The notes below the pieces were generated by a model. The model ran no database searches. It saw only the letters and a program-made list of their open reading frames with translations, and was not told the DNA's origin. A stretch of DNA of 62,581 bases, the filler included, from Nemertoderma westbladi (lineage: Eukaryota; Animalia; Xenacoelomorpha), in NCBI GenBank assembly GCA_032718475.1. It is 3 parts of 3 records of this genome, joined end to end, with 100 filler letters (N's around TTAATTAATTAA, not from the genome) between each part and the next. Parts side by side here need not be neighbours in the genome. Positions count along the whole stretch, not along the records: positions 1 to 31,017 come from JAUCBJ010006601.1; 2 more parts are not named here. One strand, written 5' to 3'. Shown piece by piece: positions 14,023 through 27,200 of this stretch; the stretch's first letter is position 1; each line of letters starts with the position of its first letter. The position numbers and the translations under genes were made by a program.

Positions 14023-14289
14023 TCAGTTACATTAAAGAGTATATCCAACTAATGCAGCTTTTTCTCAACCGCAACCCTGCATCTCAGAAATATTCCCTCC
14101 CCACAATCAATATCCGGTGACTGGCTGGGGCTCGGTGGTCTGTTAAGTCACGTCTCCAGCATCGGCGTTTTTCCCCCCTGGTGTTGGGATAACGGCAACA
14201 AAGAGGCAGTTGTTAAACAGCAGCAACACCCGAACCGAGAACTTATTTCTCAACAGCCCGGTAGCTCCAGTAGTTCAGATACTGTAGAG

Positions 14290-17200
14290 TTGACACCCGA
14301 AATCGGAGCAAGGATGGCAGAAGCGGTTTATTCGGATCCACTTCTAATTCTTCCTGAGGCCGTACTCACTAGAGTATTGATCGCGGTAGAGGGACATCAA
14401 ATCGATTGGGCGAGAAGTAAGCGATCGACCAGGGACAGTTATGCGGGATACACGATGGAGGAACTGAGGTCTATTGTCGAGGCGCAATGGAACTTCCCCG
14501 GACCTGGACTCCCGTTTAACTTATCGGAAGCTGCCTGGGAGGACTTATACAGGATGGGAGTCGTAAAGGATACTCAAGATCCAGCTGTGTGGAAGAGGTC
14601 GGCAGCAGGATATGTCCAGGGATTCTTCAGCTCTTTGGAGCGATTAGAGGAACACCTGTTTCAACAACCTCAAGGACCTCAAGAGCAGGGAGAGCTGCTT
14701 TATCAAGTTCGAGAATGAATTTTACGGATCAGACTAATCCTTTCGGCCTTTGAAGAAGCTTCGAAGAGAAGCCAAGACACGTCGTTGCAAGTAGCCGTAA
14801 AGACTTGGTTCCAACGGGTGAGTCTTAAAGTCCAGGGAACGACACAATGGAAAGCTCAGCTAACCGAGCGCATGACCCATGGAGAGTCAACAGACACTAC
14901 CTTTTCTCAGGTGGAAAGCGAAGTGATATCAGAGAAACCTCAGAAGAAGGATGCTATTGACATCTATCTGTCGGACTATCAACAATTCATAGGTGACAAA
15001 GAGCTAAGGAGAAGGCTAGCTGGACTTCACCCTAATAGTGAAGGGGCCAAATTTGTGTTGGACTCGTTAGATGCAGAAATATTAGCCGCTGAGCAGGCTA
15101 AATTTGACGAAAGTATCCTCATCGCTAGAGAACATGAAGAACAATTAAAGAAAAAACGGATAGAAGACCGAAAGGCAGCAGCAGCGGCAGCGGCAGAAGT
15201 TGAAAGAAAAGCGGCAGCGGCAGCGGCAGCGGCAGAAGCGGAAAGAAAAGCAGCAGAGGCAGAAAGAAAAGCGGCAGCGGCAGAAGCGGAAAGAAAAGCG
15301 GCAGAGGCAGAAAGAAAAGCGGCAGCGGCAGAAGCGGAAAGAAAAGCGGCAGAGGCAGTGGTAGAAGCAGAACGGAAGGCATCTGAAGAGACAGCCCAAT
15401 TAGAGTTGGAAAATCTTCAAGTGAAGCAAGATTACTTAAATAAACAGAGAACAGCTACTCATATGCAGCTGCTAAGTCGATCTACTCCCAAGAGACAGGG
15501 ATTTACATCCTCTGATGAAGGAGATACAACAGATCCTGAAGGTAGAGCAAATAAATCTCGTTCCAGCGGACGTAGAAGGGTATTGCACCGGCAGAAATTG
15601 CCTAATTTGCCCCCAGCTGTGAGAAGGCAACTAGCCAGTGTAGATTTAAGTAATCCTGAGCCCACAAATCAAATTACTAGAGTAGAAAGACTCCCTACTA
15701 TAGTGGATGAGCCTGAAATAATTAGGCCTGTTCTCGAAGCCACCCCCTCCGTGATAGAGACCCCTGTACTTCCAGAACCTAACTCTAAATTCCCTTTGCA
15801 CAGTACTAAACTACCTGTGCCCAGTAGAATAGCCCCTGAATCAATCCCGGTCCTGGATGCCGAGTAAGACATCAAAGATTTGTCGCCCGTCGTCCCTCGT
15901 CTACCCGCTACTATGTTGGCGGCTCCCGCTTCGGCGGTAGAGTGGGTGGATGAGCGACGGCGGGGGATGGATCTCCTGCTCGGGCAGATGGAGGAAAATC
16001 ATGTACGTTCCTCCCAACAGGTCCGAGAGTTGGAGGGGACTGTTCAGCAGTTAAAGGGAACAGTAAGAGAGGGTAGGTTAGAGTTGCAAGAAGTGCAGCA
16101 GAGTATCGCGTTAGAACGCGATAAATTGGTAAATATACAAAGGGGATACCACCAACCCCTGTAACAATGTGTCAACCTGTTAGGTCTGAAGTATTTCATG
16201 CTCAAGGTGTGGAGCCTACACGCATCTATACTGCTAGTGAAGTAGAAACTCATATAGTAAACCCTATTAAAGGTAATTATAAACCTGTTGATAATGATAT
16301 TCCATATAGACCTGATCATAATCCGAGAAATTTATATACCGATAACTCGATATTAAATAATACGATGGCCCAAGAAAGTTTTACGCATCAAATGGCTAGA
16401 ACCGAAGCCCATCAAGCGGTAAAGGTGGGAGAGATCGTCAAGTTCAACGGAGTTGAGATGAAATGGTTACCTTTTAATGAATATTATAAAGATAACATAC
16501 AGAACTCTGTACTATCCAACGGAGATAAACTTAGATTCCTCATCGAGTGCTTAGAAGGACCTCCCAAGTTAATGGCGTTAAAGTTTATTGGACATCCAAA
16601 TGGATTAAGACAAGTTTGGGATACACTAAACATCAGGTATGGTAATAGGACTAATAGGGTAATAGTATTTGTATGCGAAATTAGTAGCGCCCCGAAAGTT
16701 TCTTAGCAGCGGGATTATAGAATTTTCCGATGAGATCCAGGAGATCTGTAGACAGTTAGATTGGCTAGGTAAGTCTCATGAATATCAGAGTTCCATGGTT
16801 GTTGGAGCCATAGCATCTACTTTGCCGAAGGGTGGAGTATGTACGCGTTGGGATAAGAGAGTTCTTTATATGATGGACCAGCAACAAAGAGACCCTACCA
16901 TGGCTGATCTCATGTCATTCTTAAATGGAGAGGTAAGATTGCAGCTCCTAAAGCAGTCCCGAGAGAAGACACCGGTGGGTGAAGTGAAAGGTGAGTGAAA
17001 AACCCGTCTCTAAGAGAAAGGTAACGCCAGTGTGTTATACAGACGACGGCGAAATCCAAACCTCTCAAGAGGAGAACAGCGGGAAAGACACTGAAAGATC
17101 TTACTATGTCAACAAAACACCGAAAGACGTAAGTAAATCTAAGTCTCGAACCAGTGACAGGAGAGAACAGGTAACAAAAACTCCTCCTACGTCTCCTAAG

Positions 17201-20200
17201 AGAATTCATGGAAGAAAGCCCGAGGAAAGAACAAGTGTGCACAACACAACACAGGTTAAAGTAAGTAACATCAAACCCAAATGTGCATTGTGCGACGGGC
17301 CCCATCGCTTGAGTTGATGTGATGAATTCTTGAAGAAATCCCTAAAGGATAGACATGATGTCATGTGGGATAAACGGTTGTATTATAATTGTCTCAGACA
17401 AGGACACCAATGGCGAACCTGTTACTCTGACGCGAGGTGTGCTAAGTGTGGCGCGAAACATCATATCTTGCTGCACACAGAATTTGAAAGAACTAGCACG
17501 AGTCAGGTAAGTGAGTCCGAACTACATGTCCAATTCAGTGATGTGAACGACATTGACCACAGCTCTGAGATGGAAGGATTTTACACAGACGAATTCTCCG
17601 ACGAAAACAAATCCTGTTATATGATAAACACCGCGGTGTATCGAGCGCTTACATATGAGACTGAAACCGATAATGAAGTCCAATCGACTATTCCGGACCG
17701 ACAACCATCTTGGAAAGCGCCAACTTCCAACGTCGGAATTCGGGAATTCCCAGTAGTTCAGCGCATTGTCCACTCCCCAGGATGAACTAGGAGAACATAG
17801 CATAAGGTCAGTAAAAATGGTGGCGATAAAGAACTTTGCTACCAGCCAAGTAGAACCTTACAACTGGGATGAAGACCATTTTACCCAGCAGCATGATATC
17901 CCTAGATTCAACACCGACTACCCAGGGGTGCAGATATTGATCGGCCAAAATGCGCATAAGGCGCTTGAGACATTAGAAAAACGGCCTGCTCAACCGCAAC
18001 CATTACAAACATATGCGGGAAGAACGAGAGTAGGTTGGTACTTCACTGGACCTTCCCGTAGAACACTCATGGAAATATTACATAAAGACAAAGTATATCA
18101 GGTGAGTGAATGGGAAGAAGAAATCAGTGAGGGAGAGACCACAACTTAGGGAACACCATACTCCTCAGATAATGATGATATTAACCAATTATTCGATGAG
18201 GAAAATACAATCACCGAAAATGAAACCTGGTGAAACCAAGTGAACCTGTGCCATCTCATCAATCATGGCGGACAATTCGACTACAACGACGAATTAATGA
18301 GGTGTTAGATCGATAACACGATAAGATTCGTGATGAACACGCCGTACAATTCTTTACTCAAGAAGCCGTAGAGCCTAATTCCTATGACAAGGCCCTATCT
18401 ATCGAGGAGGAGAGAGCCAAGCAGATTCAGGAAACGACTACCCGTTTTCTTAAAGATCAAGGTAGATATGAGATTGGTCTTCCGTTCCGACGGCGAGAAC
18501 CCAACTTTATAAATAACCGACCCTTAGCGGAGAAGAGAATCGCGCAACTACATCGGCGTCTTACGGCCAATGCTTCAGCTAAAGAGATGTATAAGACCCA
18601 GCTGAAGAAATTCATCGATAAGGGATACGCGGAGCGAGTACTGGAAGAAACACCCATAACTGAGAGAACGTATTATCTAACACATCATTACGTTCCCAAA
18701 CCCGGTAAACCCAACGAAATCCGGATAGTATTCGACGGCTCCACCCTTTACATGGGCCAATCCCTTAACTCTGAGTTGTTGCCGGGACCCAACTTACTCC
18801 AATCCTTGTTGGGAATACTCTTAAGATTACGGCAATATTCTATCACTTTCGCTTTGGATATAGAAGGCATGTTCTTACAAGTTAAGGCGCTGGATAGGGA
18901 TCGAGACAACCTACGATTTCTGTGGTGGCCTGAAGGAGACCTCAACCAAAAACTGGTGGAGTACTGGATGACCATCCATGCTTTCGGGATCATCTCGAGC
19001 CCCTCGAACGCTTGTTCAGTAGTGCATACCACTGCTGATGACAACCGAGACGCCTTCTCTAAAGCGGTTATCGACAACATCAAACGGGATATATACATGG
19101 ACGACAATTTAAAGTCCCTCCCATCGGTGGAAGAAGCCATTGATGTTGCCAAGGGAATGGTAGAGTGCTTGAAACGCGGTGGATTTCGACTAACCAAATT
19201 CACTAGTAACTCCCGTGAGTTTCTGGAATCGATCCCGGTAGAAGACCGAGGTGTTAAAGATCTGGACCTTATCAAGGACGATCTTCCGGAAACCAAGACG
19301 CTTGGTTTGAAATGGGGCACGGAGAGAGATATCCTGTTTTTCCAGCTAAAACAGCGAGATAATCCAGTTAGAACTAAACGGATTTGTCTAAGTATCCTGA
19401 GCACTTATTTCGATCCATTGGGATTTATTAGCCCAGTTATATTGGTTGCTTGGAGTTTAGTGCAACAAATGTGGCTTGAAAACCACTCGTGGGACGATCC
19501 ACTTAAGGGAGAACTCCTAAAGAAGTGGATTAAATGGGAAGATTCTCTACCATCTATCGAGAACTTTACGATTTCCCGTTCATATTTTGGTCACGTTCTC
19601 CCCACGTATTCCTATCAACTCCATGTGTTTGGAGACGCCAGCGATATGGGAATAGGTATAGTAGCCTACCTGAGGGTTGAAACTCCGGATGGAATTAAAG
19701 TTGCCTTGGTTACCTCTAAGGCCTTGATAAACAACAAACTAAGAGTTCCTCGAGCTGAGTTAAAGGCGGCTCTATACGCTACAGCCATCGGCCGGAATGT
19801 AACAGAACAGATCGACTATCCACTGGAGAAAACTGTCTATTGGACTGATGCTTTACTCGTTTTGGAGTATATAACCAATGAAGTCTGTCAGTTCAGCATC
19901 TTTGTTACCAACAGAGTAGCCATTATACTTAGTCGCACTAATGTAGATCAATGGAGACATTGCCCTGGGACGATTAATCCAGCCGACATCGACTCCAGAG
20001 GAGCAACTCCTCAAGAACTGATAGATACTCCAGACTGGTTAGGTGGACCCGACTTCCTAAGTAAAGAAGAGGATGAATGGCCTCCTCATCTTACCACGGC
20101 TGAGATTAGACAAGCCAAGGGAGCGGAGAAAGTCAAACCCAAAACCCAGACGAGTAAACCAAAGTTATTTAAACCCGTGATAGATCTGTCTGTACTACAC

Positions 20201-21976
20201 ATTTCCGGGGATAACGCTGTGAATCTAAACTCCCCCTCCACAAATAAATCTGTCGTGGAAATTAGAGAAAGAGACTGGAAATCTGGAACACCAGATGTCT
20301 AGCAGGGACTCTCACCTCTCCTGCAGAGAGCGATAAATCACTATAGCTCCTGGAACCAGCTTTGTAAGGCCGTCGTGTATTTGAAGCGATGCTTCCATCA
20401 TCACTACTCCAGGACAAAGATCGCTAGCGATACCGCTTCACCGACATCCGAGCAGGTCCATGCTATTAAAGATCTTCCCAAATACAAAGTATCGGATAGT
20501 TTTCTGACGGAAAAGATCAGTTATCAAGAGCATGAAGAAACCAATAAGCAGATACTGAGACTCCTGCAATGCTATGAAGATTCCGATAAGTATTTCCTGT
20601 TGTTGAGAAATCCACAGACGCGCTTAAGGCATCGTTTCTCTGACACAATGATAGATGGGTTAATACATGTTGGAGGGAGACTAACTAATGCTCCATTATC
20701 CTTTGACACTAAGTTTCCCATACTCATTAGAAATCTTGAAATACAAATCAGGATGATTGTAGATGTTCACAGTAAGCTTTACCATGCTGGTAGAGAACGA
20801 GTTCTTAGCAAAATTCGAACTCGCTATTATTTTCATAGACCCCGTAGAGCTCTGAACCAAGTTCTTAGGAACTGTATACCCTGTAGGAAAGCATTCAGTA
20901 GGCCTTTAACACAGCGAGAGGCAGAATTACCTAGGGAACGAGTAAGCTTCTATGAACCACCCTTTACTAATACTGGTGCGGATTTATTTGGCCCTATTGA
21001 AGTATATCGTGCTAGGACTATAGTCAAGCGATAGTGTGTCATCTTTGTCTGTATGACTTGTATAGCGATCCATCTAGATATGGTGAACGATCTATCTGCC
21101 AACAGCTTCATACTGAGTTTACGCCGACAGATCGCTCGCTTTGGAACTAGCAACACGATGAGATCTGATAAGGGAACGAACTTCATTGGCGCCAATAATG
21201 AGATCAAAGCTTACGTTAAAGATTGGAACCAAAGACAGGTGGACGATCAGCTAAGGGTAACAGCATCTAGCTGGACCTTCAACGCCGCTGACGCCCCTTG
21301 GTGGGGAGGAAGTTGGGAGAGATTAATAAGGAGTGTGAAGACTGCATTTCACTTAGTGCCGTGCCGCGCGTATCTCACCGACGAACTTTTGCGGACGTTA
21401 ATGGAAGAAATCGCCGCCTATCTTAACGAGAGACCGCTTATGCCAGTCTCATCGAGTCCTGACTCCCTAGAAGCGCTAACACCCGCGCATTTCCTACTGA
21501 AGAAACCTGTAGCCATGCTCCCACGATCGGAAATCACGGACGGAGACGAATACTGCCGACAAACTTGGCAACTTATGCAGTTATTAACCCGTCGTTTCGC
21601 TGACCATTTCGAAAAACATTATCTGCCTACGCTACAACTTCGAACCAAGTGGTTTGCGCAGCAAGAAAACGTCAGCGCCGGAGACATGGTCCTTATTGTG
21701 GAATCAGATCTTCCACGTAAGCGGTGGCAGACCGGTCGTATCATCGAGACTCATATATCCGATGATGGTTTAGTGCGATCAGTAGAACTCGTCGTCATGC
21801 GACGTAACTTTAAGAAACCTGGAATTGTATTCGAAACACAGCAACTCAATCGCCCAGTCGGTCGTTTATGTTTACTGAAAAGAGACAGAGAACTATCCGG
21901 AAACTATGGAAGGCAAGATACTCTTCCCACGACCACCTCCCTAATCCAACAAACATCTAGGGACTCCCCAACGTAA
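14290..21976 (+). pseudogene. BEL/Pao gag-pol pseudogene
   Basis: DUF1759-like KFNG..KWLPF..LSNGDKLRFLIECLEG; Cys/His knuckles CALCDGPH and CLRQGH..C..CAKCGAKHHILLH; RT IRIVFDGS, LDIEGMFLQV, YMDD; RNase H LHVFGDAS, PRAEL, WTDA, NPAD; integrase H..HAG..CIPC, DLFGP, SDKGTNF, WERLI. Roughly a dozen stops or frameshifts. Confidence 0.95.
15170..15385 (+). repeat. Coding minisatellite in gag, (A)nEAERK repeats
   Basis: GCGGCAGCGGCAGAAGCGGAAAGAAAA-type units translating RKAAAAEAERKAAEAE. Confidence 0.9.
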
Positions 21977-22499
21977 CCGCGTCTGGAGTGGGTGTGTGAC
22001 TATATTATTTTATATTTGTTTTTATTATTTTTATATTTATGTATGTATTATTACGTAATTTTATTATAATCGTTTTCTTTAATTTTATTTAGCAGAATGT
22101 TATTTTACCGATTATTTAGTAGATTAGTGCAATATATACTTATGTTTATTACTTAATTACTTATATTATATATTTAGTGCAACGGTGAGAAATAATTATT
22201 TTTCTCTTTCCTTACTGTCCGTATCATATTATAAATACGTGACTACAGTAAGATGAAATATCCGTACTTATTAAAGTACAATAAGGCTCCTACTATACTC
22301 AAGTATTATTGGTAGGTAGAGTATTAGGAATGCAAAGTTCAGATCCTCGTGTCTCGGCTAAACCAAGCTCTGGGTAGACCTTGGAAATGACTTGCCTCTT
22401 CTCACTGACATTGCTTCTTGCAATATTGCTCTCATACCGTATATTAAATAATACATATAGTAGCATGATGTCCCTTTAACAGTAGCGTAAAATGCAAAA

Positions 22500-22890
22500 T
22501 AAATCTGTTAAACCCTTTAACCATCTGCCATTCTAGTCGATTAAGATATCGCGACACCCACTGATATACTTGAAAGACAAAATTCTAGAATCAGTGGTTA
22601 ACGTCCCCAGACATGTTCTGGAATAAATCGGTGCCCATCTTAAATATTAAATATTTAATAAATAACTGTAAAATCTGTCAAAACAAATATAATAGAGTAA
22701 ATGCTTACAAGTTAACTCTAGAAAATCTATAAATCAAAATCTGTTAAAGTTTAGATCCTTTGAAATTCTTGTCGATTAAGATATCATAGCACTTACCGAT
22801 ACTCTTAAAAAGACAAATTTTCTAGAATTAAGGATCCTAGTCCCCAGACATGTTCTGGAATAAAATTGTGTCTATTTTAATATTAAATAA
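22500..22890. repeat. Diverged direct duplication (about 237-bp period) in the pol-ORF3 spacer
   Basis: GTCGATTAAGATATC and GTCCCCAGACATGTTCTGGAATAAA each occur twice. Confidence 0.7.
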
Positions 22891-23687
22891 TAAATGTTAC
22901 GGGAATAAATTTTAAATTCATATCCTCTCATGAATTTGATAAATTGTCATTTTATACAATTTATAACATTCCCAAAATTCCATTAATTAATAGATCATGG
23001 GAGCGGAGATTCACCCTATTAAGTATATTAGTGTGCGAGAATCTCCAATATATAGTCAATAGCCGATAAAATTCATAAAATCATGTATAAAGGGGAATAT
23101 TGACAATTAAAGAATTACTATTAAATAGCATCCCAGATCTGTATGCATGAGAATTACCCTAATTCTACCGCTAGCTTTCCATAATGTCACCATAGCAACA
23201 ACCACGCTAGAATTAGAAGCGAGTTAAAAGAACAATAGAAAGCTTGCCCCATTGAATAGCATACGGAATAAATAGCACACTGCTAGTATCCAGGGATACA
23301 TAATAATAACGTGGCATTCTGGAAGGCACTTGACTAACGGACAAATGGCCCGACTGTGTACAATTTGTGACAGTTGTGTGGAATTTGTGCGTTTATAGGT
23401 GAATGTTACTACTAAAGTGTGTTTACAGTAGCGAGTCGCAGTTGTGAAAGTAACCCTACCTCTGCAGTAAGAACCTGAAGTAAATCTAAGCCCTTGGAAC
23501 GGACAGTGGAATGACTCGCGCTGGTTATTGTTGTTGTTGTGTAGCTACTACGTTGGCGAGAGGCACATCGACAACAGTACATCAGCGCTGAGGATCTTGC
23601 GCTGTCCGGGGGCATTGAGGGGTAGGCAGCGACGACCGCTAGCCTAATTATAATTAATTATAATATCGATAAACTCATATAGCAGCT

Positions 23688-24213
23688 ATGACTGAGTTGA
23701 TAGAAGATGATCTTGGTATCAGGGAGCGATATACCCTACCATTGCAAGCGTTTGTTGATAGTTTAATACGCGGCGACGCTAGTCAAACTACTGCGGAGGA
23801 CGATGGCCGTTATATCGAACCGCCAATGTTTAAGGAACAACTCACGCGTGAATTGGACTATAGAAAATTCACCGCTCGCTATACGCATCGTAATGGTACG
23901 TATATAGACTGGTCATCCTATCGATTTACATGATACGGACGATGTAGACACCGAAAGGGAAATGATTCTATTTAAATATCATACCCAGCGGAGTTGGAAC
24001 GATAAACCGAGAATCGAACACGAGAATTCTATTCGAAACCGACTCGAAAGAGAAGACATTGAAGAGCCGGATAAACGCAGTGACTTCAACGAATACTTGG
24101 AATTCTTGAGAGAAACATATCTCAATGTAGCCAGTCAACAAAATGTAGAAACTCGATATCCTCAAGGTATACATCATGACCCTATGATGGAACTCAAATG
24201 ACTCTATTTCACT
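23688..24213 (+). pseudogene. Disrupted N-terminus of the extra ORF
   Basis: MTELIEDD.. start; 11-nt deletion at about 23907 relative to copies B and C; continues in the frame of 23962 and 24214 with one TGA at 24199-24201. Confidence 0.75.
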
Positions 24214-27200
24214 ATGATGTATCTTACCGCCGATCGACCTCTACCTGTTGTACCGGATAGCTTCGAACAGATGGAGGAATATTGCAAAACCGGAGAAAGA
24301 TCACCCGCGTTTCCTCTACAAGACATGCGTCTTTGGTATTATTGCGATGAATGCCCTAGACCCAACCAACAAACGGAAAGACATAAACATCCGCGGAGAC
24401 GTTGTGCTAAACACAGTTTTACTCGCTATACTTACGGGAGTTTCGAGCGAAACTTGTTCGACGTATCACCTACGCTCGCTCGACTCAAACGATCATTAAA
24501 TAAACCGATGATCAGAGTTCCGGAATACTCGGTCAGACCTCCTCATTCCCTAGTGAGACCTCAAACTCTTGATCCTAATAGTATAACGGATCCTCCTGAG
24601 CTGTACTCACTGTTCAAAGATCTCGTGTTACCCGAACAATTAATCGGTGGCACCCCGGTAGTGGGTTCTCTAGATATTCGCCCATCATACCTAGTCAGAT
24701 TGGGACGCGGACATCTAATATCGCCGTTCAACCCGTATAATCATCCCTGTTTAACCCCGATACAACCCGTCACCGAAGTCGAGGAGAGCGTTGTACGAAA
24801 CGCATTAGACGCTATTCGGCAGAAGATCGGAAAAGGAACTTACAATTGTTTGGAGAAACGTAGATTGCAGCAGCAAGTCCAAGCAGTAAAGGAATTGGCC
24901 TTACCCCAGTTCGATCGAGAAGTCCAGAACCTCAAGGAAGACATCGAACTTGGACAAACCTATTCTCTACAAGAGTTTTTAGACGAATGCTTCCAACGAC
25001 AAGCGGAGGAAAATCAGCTCGAGGAGAAACACATCGAAATGGATGAGAGAGAAGAAGCAGCTTTAGCCCAACCAGAAGCTCAAATCCTTATGACTGATCT
25101 CTATTCCAAAACCATCATTCATCCCTCGATGGTTCCCCATTTCGGAGACAAACTCTTCGCCACAGTACAACCCCAACCGGTTGATATCAACCTAAGATCT
25201 CGAGATCTTATGGCTGACGCTCCTGTGTTACAACGTCCGCCAATCGAGGCCGCTCGTGTCGACGGTATACTCATTGAACCTCCGGACAATCGAGCGGATC
25301 TTGTCCGTCGTATGGTACACGAACCTTTACCGAACTCGTTTTATGGGATCAAAGACCACCCTTATTATGTCAATCTAACTCAATATTATATGGTAAAACC
25401 GGAAGATCCTACACAAAGTCTGGGGTTTCTACCACTAATAAATCCTCTCGATCTTGTCGAACTCGAACAGCTGCAGAAACATCTGGATCAGTTAGTGAAA
25501 GTAAACTCATTCAGAAAACCCTACAATGTTTCCAGAATAGAGAAGGATATAATGCCTCCATATAATCTCGATGGATTTATTAAAACTCGATTAGTCCACT
25601 GGAATCTTGACGTATTATTCGAGGAAGAGAGAATACAACGATATGGAGATGTAGAGACGTATACTACACAGTATCTGAAGTATAGGGATCTACCTAACGC
25701 TAGCGAATGCGCCACCTTGTGGCATCCGGTGGGGATGACCTTAGAAAACGCCACTAAAGAGTGGAACGAAACTCTTAACGTTATCAAAATGTATGGAGTC
25801 GTCACTTACGATAACGAAGGTAGCGTTCCAGTTGGAGAACTGGGAACTACGCGCATGATACATATACGAGGACTAGCTGTTTCTACCCACGTGTTTACTC
25901 GAGCGTGTTCCGACGTAATTGATTATTCTTTTGAGACTCTCACCGAGATACAAAAGAAACTCCGACATGGACAATTCGAACTCACGCAGCGCTATGTCAC
26001 CGACACCGAGCGCAAACCGGCCATGGGTATAGATGGATCGATGTTACCTCAGCCAGTGCTCGAGATGTTGTTTAACGAAAGAATCCTTAAAATCGGCTCA
26101 GCTGTTTATGGAAATCTCCAAAACGACTTTAGGAACATGGAGAATATCCCATATCCTTTCGTAGACACCCAGCTGATTGCTCCCTGGGCAGAAGGCCAAG
26201 GTTTCTTCCGAACTATGTATGCCAATACACCCAGCGGCATCAATAAAGTACAACGAACCTCCATCGGACATCTTGCCTTCCAAGAATACGGATGGAATTT
26301 CAAAGTCGGAAACCCTATCAACTATCAACAAGTATATGGAGATCATTATTCTCGATTATACTTCGACGGACCATTGACAGCACCTGGTGTCGTGTATAGC
26401 TTCATGAGTGTTCCACTTCGTCCCTCATTAGCTATATACACTATCTTCGAGAACGCCGCACTTGCCGGTTGGCTAGCCGATGTGTGCAGTCGTACTATAC
26501 GCGCCCATCCCTTGATACTTGGAACCAAACTCGCCAAGCTAGATGAACACAATAAATTCATCCGCTTCGAATGCTTTAGGCGCTTTCTGACTCCGTTCCG
26601 TAACGTTGATAGTCAGTTCAAGGACCGCGCTCTGACCAAGCTCAGCCTAAGAGACTCAGCTGCTGAGAAGTTAGACAGCGCTGGATTCGCCATTTTCAAG
26701 GACGTTTGTATACAGAACTTACATTCCTCTGTTATACAAAGACCCCGAATCCCCACGGGTTATTCTATCGTAGAAGTTCAGACAGTGGGTTCGCTTGAGG
26801 AGACAGCTACACCTACCTCAGCTATGCAATTGGAAGACGAACCAATATGCTTAGAATCCGAGGAGATTCAGCCCACAGCGCCCCGGAGCAGTGACAACGA
26901 CTACGTCCTGGAATGGTATCAAGGTCCACAATGTCTCACCACGTACGATTATCGGCATGCCAATTATGTCTCTAGGAAACGTTGCCGATTATGCGCATCT
27001 CGAGACCATTTCACCCCGGTGGACTCCAACGTACCCTGTTCCTACTTCCATGAACAACCTACGATGGAGATCTATTGTGCGTATTGTAGACTCAATAACT
27101 TACACATTTTCGCAGTCTGCCCCCAATTTATTACTCAATGCCATCATTGTCAGTTAAAAGGACATGCAAGTTTTGATTGCCCTTTCAACCGAGATCTGGA

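Noticed and set aside
14159-14190. HRRFSP peptide resembling a BIR domain end
   Set aside because: Not in the gag frame, followed by LVLG-stop, no upstream CX2C.
15125-15399. Leu/Pro- and Cys/Arg-rich minus-strand ORFs
   Set aside because: Antisense shadows of the gag Ala-rich repeat.
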